Assembly (NCBI GenBank): GCA_041494685.1
Contig: JBGQBE010000034.1
Location: 1-34,072 of the forward strand
Length of the DNA: 34,072 nucleotides
DNA from: Dehalococcoidia bacterium
GTDB lineage: Bacteria; Chloroflexota; Dehalococcoidia; DSTF01; JACRBR01
Reading direction: 5' to 3'
A model generated the notes under the pieces. That model was not told the origin of the DNA, did no database searches, and worked only from the letters and a program-made list of their open reading frames with translations. The position numbers and the translations under genes are program-made. Positions 19,882 to 29,032 of this stretch are shown here, piece after piece. Position 1 is the stretch's first letter; each line of letters opens with the position of its first letter.

Positions 19882-20897
19882 CGGACCGCATGGATCTGCC
19901 GCTCGAAGAGACCCTCGACCGCTGCCTGGCGCGCGTACTCGCGGGCGAGTCGCCGGACGCCGTCCTGCGCGACCACGCGGAGATGGACGCCGCGCTGCGG
20001 CCGCTGTTGACGCAGGCAGCCGCGCTGCGCGCCGTCTCCGTCCCCGCGCCGTCCACCGGCACCCGCGCCGCCGCCATGTCACGCATGCTCGCCGCGTCCC
20101 GCGATGCCGCCGAGCACTACCAGCCCGCCGGCGTCCTCGCATGGCTCGGCTCCCTGCGCGCCCGTCCGCTCGCCTTCCAGGCGATCGCCGCTGCCATCGC
20201 ACTGGCCGTCCTGGGCAGCGCCGGCCTCGGTGCGTCCGCCGCCACCGGCACGACGCCGGAACCCATCCGGACCTTCTTCCGCCTGCCGGATACCTCCGAC
20301 TCCAGCGTGCGCGCGCACGGCACCGTCGTCTCCGCCTCTGCCGACGCCCTGGTCATCGACGACAACAGCACGCAAGTCGCCTTCCTGCTCGACGCCAACA
20401 CCGCAGTGACGCGCGGCGGCGACCACGTCAACTGGAGCGACCTGCACGCCGGCGAAAGCGTGGACGTGCGCGCAACGCGCCGCGCCAACGGCGACCTCGC
20501 GGCGCACGAAGTGCGCGCCCAGGCCGCGCCGGCGCCGACAGCATCACAGGCCGGCGCAAGCAGCACGGACGCCGCGCCGCCGCTGAAGACGTCCGAGGCG
20601 AATCGCACCGAGCGTCCGGAGGACGGCCACGCCACCGGCACGCCGAACTCGGCCGACGACCGCCGCGGCACTCCCGACGCCGGAGGTGATCACCGCGGCA
20701 CGCCCGAAGCCGAGACGCCGAAGCCGGAAGACGGGCATACCGCCGTCCCGGGCGACGAACACGAAGGCACCCCGCCGCAAGCGGAGGCGACGACGACGCA
20801 CGGCGGCCCCGGCCCGTCCGCGACGCAGACGCCGGAGCCGACAGAAGTCCCCGAGACACAATCGCACGGCGTCGGCGAAGACACGCCGGCACCGTAG
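19878..20897 (+). CDS. Putative membrane-anchored anti-sigma factor with DUF5666-like OB domain and disordered tail
   Basis: ATGA overlap with the sigma stop; LDRCL..V..GES cytoplasmic N-terminus; one TM helix; HGTVVS...L.AGESVDVRA..LAAHEV domain; acidic Thr/Pro-rich tail. Confidence 0.75.
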   Translation: MTDRMDLPLEETLDRCLARVLAGESPDAVLRDHAEMDAALRPLLTQAAALRAVSVPAPSTGTRAAAMSRMLAASRDAAEHYQPAGVLAWLGSLRARPLAFQAIAAAIALAVLGSAGLGASAATGTTPEPIRTFFRLPDTSDSSVRAHGTVVSASADALVIDDNSTQVAFLLDANTAVTRGGDHVNWSDLHAGESVDVRATRRANGDLAAHEVRAQAAPAPTASQAGASSTDAAPPLKTSEANRTERPEDGHATGTPNSADDRRGTPDAGGDHRGTPEAETPKPEDGHTAVPGDEHEGTPPQAEATTTHGGPGPSATQTPEPTEVPETQSHGVGEDTPAP

Positions 20898-20947
20898 ACC
20901 CCGCGCTCGTATCCCGTTGACTGTGTCCGCCGCGCGGCGTCTAATCG

Positions 20948-21430
20948 GTGCATGAGATGCCACCGTCGAGGACGCCCGTGACGCCACCCGCCAGCGGCCT
21001 GTTCATCAGCATCGTCGCGCGCCTCAACCGCGTGGTCTACCGGCTCACGGGGGGCGCGATCGGCGGACGCCTCGGCCGCGCGCCGATCCTTCTGCTGACC
21101 ACCAGCGGCCGCAAGAGCGGCGCGATGCGCGAGACGCCGCTGCTCTTCCTGCGCGACGGAGACGAGTTCGTTGTCGTCGCGTCGAACGTCGGACGGCCCA
21201 CCTATCCCGACTGGTACCTCAACCTCCGGCACGACCCGCACGCCGCCGTCCGCATCCGCCGCGAAGTGACGCCCGTCGTCGCGCGCGAGGCGGCCGCCGA
21301 CGAGCGCGCGCGTCTGTGGCTCCTGCTCACCGAGATGTACGCCGACTTCAACGTCTACGTGCGACGCACGCAGCGGCCGATCCCGGTGGTCGTCCTTTCG
21401 CCCGCCGGCGCGGCGCGGCCGCACGGATAG
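20948..21430 (+). CDS. F420-dependent Ddn-like nitroreductase family oxidoreductase
   Basis: ILLLTTSGRKSG..RETPL, VVASN.G..PDWYLNL and RPIPVVVL. The start may be 20957. Confidence 0.9.
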   Translation: MHEMPPSRTPVTPPASGLFISIVARLNRVVYRLTGGAIGGRLGRAPILLLTTSGRKSGAMRETPLLFLRDGDEFVVVASNVGRPTYPDWYLNLRHDPHAAVRIRREVTPVVAREAAADERARLWLLLTEMYADFNVYVRRTQRPIPVVVLSPAGAARPHG

Positions 21431-21438
21431 GAGACGCC

Positions 21439-21879
21439 ATGCCAAAGCTGGAACGTACGGTCCGCATCGCCGCGCCGCCGTCGGTCGTGTGGCGCGTCAT
21501 GATCGACGTGAAGCGATGGCCCGAGTGGACGCCCTCAATCCGCTCCGTCAAACCGCAGGGCCCGGGGGCGTTCGGTACCGGCAGCGTGGCGTTGGTGACG
21601 CCGCGCGGACGGCCCGAGAGCCCCTGGACCGTCACCGCGTTCGAGCCGGAGCGATCGTTCACGTGGGAGACGAAGGTGGGCGAGCGGCTCTGGGTGCTGG
21701 CCGGGCACGTCATCGAGCCCGACGGCGACGGCGCGCGCGTCACGCTCTCCATCAGCACGCGCGGGCGCATGGCGCCGCTGCTCGGCTGGCTCATCGCCCG
21801 CATGTCGCGCCGTAACGTCGATGAGGAGGCCGCCGGCCTGAAGCGCCGCAGCGAGGAGCAGGCCCGGCTGACCGGCTGA
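21439..21879 (+). CDS. SRPBCC/polyketide cyclase-like protein
   Basis: RIAAPPSVVWRVMIDVKRWPEWTPSI and VTAFEPERSFTW; RBS AGGAG. Confidence 0.88.
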   Translation: MPKLERTVRIAAPPSVVWRVMIDVKRWPEWTPSIRSVKPQGPGAFGTGSVALVTPRGRPESPWTVTAFEPERSFTWETKVGERLWVLAGHVIEPDGDGARVTLSISTRGRMAPLLGWLIARMSRRNVDEEAAGLKRRSEEQARLTG

Positions 21880-21883
21880 CCCG

Positions 21884-22561
21884 CTACCAGCCGTCCGGCG
21901 CGTCCGGCATCCACGCCATGCCCAGCAGCGAGTCGCCGCGGTCGCGGTCCACCTCGCGGAAGACCTCCCACTCGCCGGCCGTCACGTCCACGTCCATGAT
22001 CGGATAGCCGATCGGCTGCCCCGCGCCGATGCAGACGAACGTGCGCGGGTCGAAGCCGTGCACGCCGTACGCCTCCGCGATCGCGCTGCCGACGTCCTGC
22101 TGCCACTGCGTCGGCGTCACGCCCGGCTTCGGGACGTGGCTCGGGTTGGCCGTCATCAGCCGAAAGCTGGCCGGGTGCGCCATGCGGCCGCACGTCAGCA
22201 CGCGCCCGGTGGCGAGCACGCCGCTCGCCGCGATCGCGCGCCGCTCCAGTTCGCGAAAGAGGTGCCGCCGCCGGAACTCCGCGTCGATGCAGCAGATGCC
22301 CGCCATGAGGACCGCCTGCCGCGGCAGCCGCGGCAGGTCCACCACGCGCATCGTGCCGACGGCGAAGCCCGCCGGCGCGCCGTCGCGCATGGCGATCGCG
22401 ATCGACTGCAGCCGCGCCAGCGACTTCTCAAGGTAGGCGCGGTTCGCCTGACGGTACGAACCGTCGAACAGCGCGAAGATCGCCGCGCGCTCGCCGTCCG
22501 TCAGGCTGTCCGCCGTCGTCGTGTGGATCTCGAAGTCGGAGAAGTCGGGCCCGTCCACCAT
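21884..22561 (-). CDS. GNAT-fold-like hypothetical protein
   Basis: MAGICCIDAEFRRRHLF resembles acyl-CoA motif A; leaderless start TATAAT-N6-ATG at 22561. Confidence 0.65.
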   Translation of the reverse strand: MVDGPDFSDFEIHTTTADSLTDGERAAIFALFDGSYRQANRAYLEKSLARLQSIAIAMRDGAPAGFAVGTMRVVDLPRLPRQAVLMAGICCIDAEFRRRHLFRELERRAIAASGVLATGRVLTCGRMAHPASFRLMTANPSHVPKPGVTPTQWQQDVGSAIAEAYGVHGFDPRTFVCIGAGQPIGYPIMDVDVTAGEWEVFREVDRDRGDSLLGMAWMPDAPDGW

Positions 22562-22582
22562 GCCTCGATTATAAGCCCGCAA

Positions 22583-22622
22583 CTGACAAGCTGAAGGGCT
22601 GAGCGGCGGACAAGCTCAGAAC
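22583..22622. repeat. Degenerate octamer array
   Basis: ctgacaag ctgaaggg ctgagcgg cggacaag ctcagaac; the last unit contains the upstream gene's stop. Confidence 0.55.
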
Positions 22623-23095
22623 GGCTTGAATTCGGCCAGCCAGACCATGACGGGCAAGAGGAAGAGCATCACCAGGCAGATCACGATGGGCACGTTGTCG
22701 TTCAGCAGCTCCTGCAGTTCGGGCGTCATCTGCTGCTTCTTCTTCGACTTCAGCGTCTCGACCTGCACGCGGTTCAGCACGTGCCCCAGCACGGGGATGC
22801 AGATGAGCAGTACGAAGAAGTACACCGCCTCCAGCGCCAGCAGCCACCCCGTCGTGAAGAAGTTGTAGCCGTCCTCGCCCGCCAGCATCAGCCCCGTCGC
22901 AAAGACCGCGATCGCGCCCGGCAGCAACGCCGCCTTGTGCCCGGTGCCGGCGTCCTCGAACGCCACAAGCTGGCGGTCCAGGTCGTCCTCGCGCCAGCCG
23001 CGCCACAGCGCGACCATGACCGCGCCCAGGCCGCCCATCATCAGGAAGAGCGAGAGGAAGTGCAGGAGCCGGAGGATCTGCTCGGTCGTGCTCAC
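22616..23095 (-). CDS. DUF2269-like integral membrane protein
   Basis: Four hydrophobic helices, N-terminal LRLLH and C-terminal KPF; the GTG start overlaps the pyrG stop. Confidence 0.72.
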   Translation of the reverse strand: MSTTEQILRLLHFLSLFLMMGGLGAVMVALWRGWREDDLDRQLVAFEDAGTGHKAALLPGAIAVFATGLMLAGEDGYNFFTTGWLLALEAVYFFVLLICIPVLGHVLNRVQVETLKSKKKQQMTPELQELLNDNVPIVICLVMLFLLPVMVWLAEFKPF

Positions 23096-24753
23096 TCAGC
23101 CACGGCCGATGCCGCCCCGACCTTGGCGGGCGCGAGGATGCCGGCGTCGCGGCCCTGCTGCAGCAGCTTCACCGCGCCGATGAAGTCACGGAACAGCGGC
23201 TGCGGCCGGTCAGGCCGCGAGCGGAACTCCGGGTGAAACTGCGACCCCACCATGAACGGGTGGTCCACCACCTCGCAGATCTCCACCAGGCTGCCGTCCG
23301 GCGACGTGCCACTGGCGATCAGCCCGGCGTCCGCGAGTTGCTGCCGATAGGCGTTGTTGAACTCGTAGCGGTGGCGGTGACGCTCGATGACCTCGTCCAC
23401 GCCGTACGCGGCCGCGGCCTTCGTGCCGGGCACCAGCTTGCACGGATAGCCGCCCAGGCGCATCGTGCCGCCCAGGTCCTCGATGCCCTGCTGCTCGCTG
23501 AGCATGCTGATCACCGGGTGCGGCGTCTGCTGATTCACCTCGGTCGAGTTCGCGCCGATCAGCCCCAGCACGTTGCGCGCGTACTCAATCACCATCATCT
23601 GCAGCCCCAGGCACACGCCCAGGTACGGGATCTTGTTCTCGCGCGCGTAGCGCGCCGCTTCCAGCTTGCCCTCGATGCCGCGCCCGCCGAAGCCGGGGCA
23701 CACCAAGATGCCATCGACGCCTTCCAGCAGCGACGACACGGGCTCCTGCTCCAGCCGCTCGGAGTGCACCCAGCGCAGGTCCACGCGCACCTGATGCGCG
23801 ATGCCGGCGTGGATCAGCGCTTCCTTGATCGAGAGGTACGCGTCGTGCAGTTCCACGTACTTGCCGACGACCGCGACCGTCACCGTGCCCGTCGGGTTCT
23901 GCAGCCGCTGCACCATCTCGCGCCACGGGGCCAGGTCGCGCGGCGACGCGTCCAGTTTCATCAGCTCGATCACGTAGTCGCCCAGGTTCTCGTCCTGCAG
24001 GACGATCGGCACCTCGTAGATGCTCTCCATCGTCGGCAGCGAGATCACGCCGCGCTCCTGCACGTCGCAGAACAGCGAGATCTTGCGGCGGATCTCCGCC
24101 GTCACCTCGTGGTCCGCGCGGCAGAGGATGACATCCGGCTGGATGCCGGCGCTGCGCAGCTCGCGCACCGAGTGCTGCGTGGGCTTCGTCTTCAGTTCGT
24201 TGGTGGAGCCAACGTGCGGCAGGAACGTCACGTGGATCGAAAGCGTGTCCTCCGGCCGCTCTTCGCGGCGGATCTGGCGGATCGCCTCCAGGAACGGCTG
24301 GCCCTCGATGTCGCCGACCGTGCCGCCGACCTCGACGATCACGACCTGCGCCTCCGTCTCGCGGACGATCTGGCGCACGCGCCCCTTGATCTCGTTCGTA
24401 ACGTGCGGGATCGCCTGGATCGTGCCGCCCAGGAACTCACCCTTCCGTTCTTTCGCGATGACGGACTGGTAGATCTGGCCGGTGGTGACGCTGCTCGCCT
24501 TCGTCAGCTCTTCGTCGATGAATCGCTCATAGTGGCCCAGGTCCAGGTCCGTCTCGGCGCCGTCGCTCGTCACGAAGACTTCGCCGTGCTGGTACGGCGA
24601 CATCGTGCCGGGGTCAACGTTGAGATACGGATCGAGCTTCTGGATGGAGACGGAGATGTTACGACTCTTGAGGATGCGGCCCAGGGCCGCCGTGGTGATG
24701 CCTTTGCCGACGGAACTCACCACGCCGCCGGTCACAAAGATGTACTTCGGCAT
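23092..24753 (-). CDS. pyrG: CTP synthase
   Basis: KYIFVTGGVVSSVGKG, DPYLNVDPGTM, KTKPTQHSV, GVCLG, RHRHRYE and QFHPE. Confidence 0.99.
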   Translation of the reverse strand: MPKYIFVTGGVVSSVGKGITTAALGRILKSRNISVSIQKLDPYLNVDPGTMSPYQHGEVFVTSDGAETDLDLGHYERFIDEELTKASSVTTGQIYQSVIAKERKGEFLGGTIQAIPHVTNEIKGRVRQIVRETEAQVVIVEVGGTVGDIEGQPFLEAIRQIRREERPEDTLSIHVTFLPHVGSTNELKTKPTQHSVRELRSAGIQPDVILCRADHEVTAEIRRKISLFCDVQERGVISLPTMESIYEVPIVLQDENLGDYVIELMKLDASPRDLAPWREMVQRLQNPTGTVTVAVVGKYVELHDAYLSIKEALIHAGIAHQVRVDLRWVHSERLEQEPVSSLLEGVDGILVCPGFGGRGIEGKLEAARYARENKIPYLGVCLGLQMMVIEYARNVLGLIGANSTEVNQQTPHPVISMLSEQQGIEDLGGTMRLGGYPCKLVPGTKAAAAYGVDEVIERHRHRYEFNNAYRQQLADAGLIASGTSPDGSLVEICEVVDHPFMVGSQFHPEFRSRPDRPQPLFRDFIGAVKLLQQGRDAGILAPAKVGAASAVAE

Positions 24754-24853
24754 ACTCTCCCGCGAGGCCGGGGGGCCGGCACAAAGCAAATGGCGGCACC
24801 TTCGGGGGATGCCGCCCACCAGCATCTTATCGCCGACGGGGCCTTGATCACAA
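24754..24853 (-). promoter_or_regulatory. pyrG promoter and attenuator-like leader
   Basis: TTGTGA-N18-TAAGAT (24829-24824); predicted start GGGC at 24817; hairpin GGCGGCA...UGCCGCC followed by AUUUGCUUUGU. Confidence 0.65.
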
Positions 24854-24984
24854 GACGAAGTGTCACTCCTCAGGGAAAGCGCCCGACGTGCGAACCCTGA
24901 TTGGCGCCACACCCGCCCGTCTGCCTAAATGTCTGCGGCGCACGACCCGCGCCTGATCCGGGGTGCCCATTGCCATCACTGTCC

Positions 24985-26451
24985 ATGTCCCGGCTGCCGT
25001 ACAAGTGGATCGTCGCGACGGTCTTCATGTTCGGCCTCTTCATGGACCTCATGGACACGACGATTGTCAACATCGCCCTTCCCACGCTCAGCCGCGACTT
25101 CCACGCCAGCATCTCCGCAGTCGAGTGGACCGTCACCGGCTACTTGCTCAGCCTCGCCATGGTCATTCCCGCCGCCGGCTTCCTCGCCGACCGATTCGGC
25201 ACCAAGCGCATCTTCATGGCCGCGATGGGCATCTTTGTCGTCGCCTCGGCCGCTTGCGGCCAGGCCCACTCGATCCAGGAGCTAGTCGCCTTCCGCTTCA
25301 TGCAGGGCATCGGCGGCGGCATGATGACGCCCGTCGGCACGGCCATGCTTTCGCGCGAGTTCCCCGGCACCGAGCGCGCGAAGGCGTCGGCGCTGATCTC
25401 CGTGCCCGTCGTGCTGGCGCCGACCATCGGACCGGTGTTGGGCGGCTTCCTTACTGATTACGTGAGCTGGCGCTGGATCTTCTACGTGAACCTGCCCGTC
25501 GGCGTCCTCGGCTTCGCCGTCGCCTGGCGCTACCTGAAGGAGCAGCGACAGGCCTACGCCCGCAACCGCATCGACTTCGCCGGCCTCGTCACCGGCTCCG
25601 CCGGCGCGGCCATGACGCTCTATGCTGTCTCGGAGGCCGGTCCCCTGGGCTGGACCGCCGGCCGCGTCGTCGGCTTCGGCCTCGGCGGCATCGCGCTGAT
25701 GGCGTCGTTCGCGCTGATCGAGATGCGGGTGCGCTTCCCCATCCTCGACCTGCGCCTGTTCAAGCGTTGGTTCTTCACCTCCGGCAACCTGATGATGATG
25801 CCGGCCTTCGGCGCGTTCGGCGGCTTCGTGCTGCTGCTCACTCTCTTCCTGCAGCGGCTCCGCGGCTTCTCGGCGCTCGAGGCGGGGTTGATCCAGGCGC
25901 CCAGCTCCATCGGCACCGCCATCTCGCTGCCGCTCGCCAGCTACCTCTACCCGAAGATGGGGCCGCGCCGCATGATGCTGATCGGCTTCTTCTTCGCCGC
26001 CCTTACCATCCTGCCGTTCCGCTGGGTCGGCCTCGATACGCCGGTCTGGGTGATCGTGCTGCTGCTGCTGTTGCGCGGCCTGCCGTTCGCCTTCGGCGTC
26101 GTCGCGTCGCAGACGCTGATCTTCGGCCCGATCGAGAACGAGAAGCAGGGCCCCGCGTCGTCGATCTACAACACGCTCCGCCAGGTCGCCGCGTCGTTCG
26201 GCGTCGCGTTGATCATCACCATCTCGCTCAACCGCCAGCACGCGCACCAGTCCGCCGCGCTCGCCACCCAGCACCTGGCGCAACCCACGCGCGAGATCGC
26301 CACGCACGCCGCGGTGCTCGGCACGCAGGACGCGTACATCGCCGTGTTCGTGCTGCTGCTGATCCCGTTCCTCCTGGCGTTCACGATCAACGACGAACGC
26401 GCCGCCGAACAGCTCGCGAAGCGCATGTCCACCGTGACGCCCGTCGAGTAG
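24985..26451 (+). CDS. DHA2/EmrB-QacA family MFS transporter
   Basis: MDLMDTTIVNIALP, ADRFGTKR, RFMQGIGGG, PTIGPVLGG and WRWIFYVNLPVG; many TM helices. Confidence 0.94.
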   Translation: MSRLPYKWIVATVFMFGLFMDLMDTTIVNIALPTLSRDFHASISAVEWTVTGYLLSLAMVIPAAGFLADRFGTKRIFMAAMGIFVVASAACGQAHSIQELVAFRFMQGIGGGMMTPVGTAMLSREFPGTERAKASALISVPVVLAPTIGPVLGGFLTDYVSWRWIFYVNLPVGVLGFAVAWRYLKEQRQAYARNRIDFAGLVTGSAGAAMTLYAVSEAGPLGWTAGRVVGFGLGGIALMASFALIEMRVRFPILDLRLFKRWFFTSGNLMMMPAFGAFGGFVLLLTLFLQRLRGFSALEAGLIQAPSSIGTAISLPLASYLYPKMGPRRMMLIGFFFAALTILPFRWVGLDTPVWVIVLLLLLRGLPFAFGVVASQTLIFGPIENEKQGPASSIYNTLRQVAASFGVALIITISLNRQHAHQSAALATQHLAQPTREIATHAAVLGTQDAYIAVFVLLLIPFLLAFTINDERAAEQLAKRMSTVTPVE

Positions 26452-26456
26452 CGCGC

Positions 26457-26492
26457 TTACCCGTTCCGCATTCCTGCTCCCCGCTGTAACCT
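26457..26492 (+). repeat. Degenerate heptamer array ending in the -10 box of the next gene
   Basis: ttacccg ttccgca ttcctgc tccccgc tgTAACC-T, then 6 nt to ATG 26499. Confidence 0.5.
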
Positions 26493-26498
26493 GCGTGC

Positions 26499-27371
26499 AT
26501 GCCACGATCCGCACGCGCGCCGCTCCGCATCGACCTCGCCGGCGGCTGGACCGACGTACCGGCGTTCGCCGACGCCGAAGGCGGCGCCGTTGTCAACGTT
26601 GCGATCGCCCAGTACGTGCGGGGCACGCTGGGCGACGGTGGCGCGATCACCTTCGCGTACGACGTGACGGCCGGCGGCCTCGGCTCGTCCGCCTCGCAGC
26701 ACGTCGTCGCGCACGCCCTCCGCAACCCGGACGCCGACCTCGACGAGATCGCCGAGGCAGCGTTCGCAGCTGAGACGGCGGAGGGCGTGCCGGGCGGCCG
26801 TCAGGACCAGTACGCGGCCTGTTACGGCGGCCTCAACTACATGACGTTCTCGCGCCCCGCCGCCGCGAGCGGCGCCGTCCGCATCGAGCGGCTGACGATG
26901 CCGGAGACGCACATGGCGGCGCTCGAGAAACGGCTGGTGCTGGTCGACAGCGGCATCGCCCGCCTGTCCGGCCAGATCCACGAGGCGGTGTGGAGCGCGT
27001 ACGCCCGCCACGACAACGAGGTCACGGGCGCGCTGCTGGCGCTGAAGCAGTACGGGCAGGCGATGCGGGACGCCATCACGGGCAGCGACTTCGGCGGCAT
27101 CAAGCACGTGCTGAACGAGAACTGGCACCAGCAGAAGCGCCTGCACCCCTCGGTCACGAACGAGACGCTGGAGGCGATCTTCGCGCTGGCGATGAAGAGC
27201 GGCGCGTCGGCGGGCAAGGCCTGCGGCGCGGGCGGCGGCGGCGCGATCGTCTTCTACGCATCGTCCGACGGCGACGCGATCGCCCTGCGCCGCGCGCTGC
27301 AAGCGGAGAAGCTCACCGTGATCGACGCCTTCTTCGACTTCGAGGGCCTGCACGACGAGGAGGACGTATGA
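26499..27371 (+). CDS. GHMP family sugar kinase (HddA-like)
   Basis: [29 protein letters not shown] and [10 protein letters not shown]. Confidence 0.88.
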   Translation: MPRSARAPLRIDLAGGWTDVPAFADAEGGAVVNVAIAQYVRGTLGDGGAITFAYDVTAGGLGSSASQHVVAHALRNPDADLDEIAEAAFAAETAEGVPGGRQDQYAACYGGLNYMTFSRPAAASGAVRIERLTMPETHMAALEKRLVLVDSGIARLSGQIHEAVWSAYARHDNEVTGALLALKQYGQAMRDAITGSDFGGIKHVLNENWHQQKRLHPSVTNETLEAIFALAMKSGASAGKACGAGGGGAIVFYASSDGDAIALRRALQAEKLTVIDAFFDFEGLHDEEDV

Positions 27372-27691
27372 GCGGGGAGCAAGGACCTGTGTCGATCAAC
27401 GACGCCGTCGTGAAACTCACGGAAGCATGGCGCCCGCAGCAACTTGCCGTGGCAAACGAGACGGTCGTACGGCTCGAAGGCGCATTCGAATGGCACCATC
27501 ACGACGAAGACGAACTGTTCCTGTGCTGGCAGGGCTCATTCCGCATCGAGATCGCCGACCGCGCACCGATCACGCTGACGGCCGGCGACCTGTACGTAGT
27601 GCCTCGCGGCACCGAACACCGTCCGGTCGCTGACGCGCCAGCGTACAGTGTCGTCGTCGAGCGAGCCGAGACGAAGCAATACGGGAACTGA
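27368..27691 (+). CDS. Cupin domain protein
   Basis: [12 protein letters not shown] and [18 protein letters not shown] overlap with the kinase stop. Confidence 0.88.
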   Translation: MSGEQGPVSINDAVVKLTEAWRPQQLAVANETVVRLEGAFEWHHHDEDELFLCWQGSFRIEIADRAPITLTAGDLYVVPRGTEHRPVADAPAYSVVVERAETKQYGN

Positions 27692-27733
27692 TCCGGGCCA
27701 CCATTCCCCGGCGCCAGGCTCGCGGACGATCGG

Positions 27734-27788
27734 TTGTCTGCTGTCCGTTGTCTGCGGTCTGTGTCTGTTGTCTGTTGTCTGTTGTCGT
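27734..27788. repeat. Heptamer tandem array (TTGTCTG)n
   Basis: ttgtctg ctgtccg ttgtctg cggtctg tgtctg ttgtctg ttgtctg ttgtcgt, abutting the hydrolase stop. Confidence 0.9.
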
Positions 27789-27790
27789 CG

Positions 27791-29032
27791 CTATCGCCCG
27801 GTCCACGCGACGATCTGCTCGTAGACCCGCGCGTCGCACGGCATCGCCGCCGGGCCGCCGTAGTACGGCGCATGCACCAGCGGCAGCGTCGCCGTGGCGG
27901 CCGGCGCGAGCACGCCGTGGCCCAGCGCACTCGCCAGCGGCACCGTGCCGTCCGACGCGCCGCCGGCCGCCCCGGTCCCCGCCAGCAGGAAGTAGCGCGT
28001 CGCACCCTGCGCCGGGTACGCGTCGAGCGCGCGCAGGAACGGCGACCCGGCGCGCATCTGCGATGCGGCGACGTCGCCTAGCACCGACGGCAGCGCGTCC
28101 GGCAGCAGCCCCTCGTGCGGCGTCGCGATCGTCACCAGTGCGCGCACAGCCGCGCCGATCGTGCGGCCGTTGTTCCACGCGCCCGGCTCGATCGCCGCGC
28201 GCGCCACGAGGCCGCCTTCGCTGAACGCCACGATGTCCAGGCGCGTCCCCGCCGGCAGCGACCGCAGCCGGTCGCGCAGCCATGCCGCGTTCGCCGCGAT
28301 GTCGAGCGCCGACGGGTACGCGTACGCGGCGACGTTGTCGTACTGGGCCGAGAGCGCGGCCGTCAGGCTCAACATGCAGCCGTCCCACGGCGACGAGTTC
28401 CAGCCGTGGATCACCAGCACGTTGTGCGCGCCCGACGTGAATGCCGCCCCGAGAATCTGCCGTTGCTGCCACGCCGCCAGCAGCCCGGACGGCGCGACAG
28501 CGAACGTTCCCATCTCTTCCACATTTGCCTCGACGACGTGCTCGCCGGCGCGCACGGTCGCCGGCACGGTGCGCCACAGCCCGTCGCCGTCAAGCGCGAA
28601 CAGCATCAGCGCCTGCGGGTCGGAGACGTTGTACCGGTGCCGGAAGTCCTCACTGTACGGCAGACGCAGGCGCACCGGCGCCGCCAGCGCGGGCGCATCG
28701 ACCACGCGCAGCACCGGCAGGCCGGGGAACATCGGCAGCGTGTCCGCGTCCGGCGCGGCGATGCTGATCCGGGCATCGGCGCGCAGCGCCCCCGGCGGCA
28801 CGTCGATCTCCGCCCCGAAGAGCGCGCTCGCGCGATCGGTGACCGCGACGGTACCGCCCTCGGACGCGACGATCGGCGCCGACGCGGCGAGCGCCTGCGA
28901 CGGCAGGAGCGGCGCGGACTGCGGCGGCGTGTCGAGCAGCGCGCGCCCTGACGCGACGGCGCCGCAGGCCGCGATGACCGCGCCGCTGACCGAGAGCATT
29001 CCGAAGATGAGGACGCCAAGCGCCCACGGCAT
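27791..29032 (-). CDS. Exported alpha/beta hydrolase (lipase/PGAP1-like) with ZU5-like N-terminal domain
   Basis: Hydrophobic N-terminus with IAAC; GGTV...IDVPPGAL..ISI; IHGW, AFSEGG nucleophile elbow, IATPHEG, SDGTVP and a late His. The start is uncertain. Confidence 0.72.
   Translation of the reverse strand: MPWALGVLIFGMLSVSGAVIAACGAVASGRALLDTPPQSAPLLPSQALAASAPIVASEGGTVAVTDRASALFGAEIDVPPGALRADARISIAAPDADTLPMFPGLPVLRVVDAPALAAPVRLRLPYSEDFRHRYNVSDPQALMLFALDGDGLWRTVPATVRAGEHVVEANVEEMGTFAVAPSGLLAAWQQRQILGAAFTSGAHNVLVIHGWNSSPWDGCMLSLTAALSAQYDNVAAYAYPSALDIAANAAWLRDRLRSLPAGTRLDIVAFSEGGLVARAAIEPGAWNNGRTIGAAVRALVTIATPHEGLLPDALPSVLGDVAASQMRAGSPFLRALDAYPAQGATRYFLLAGTGAAGGASDGTVPLASALGHGVLAPAATATLPLVHAPYYGGPAAMPCDARVYEQIVAWTGR

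Noticed and set aside
27734..27788. Repeat arrays as CRISPR
   Set aside because: Units are 7 nt with no unique spacers, and there are no cas genes.
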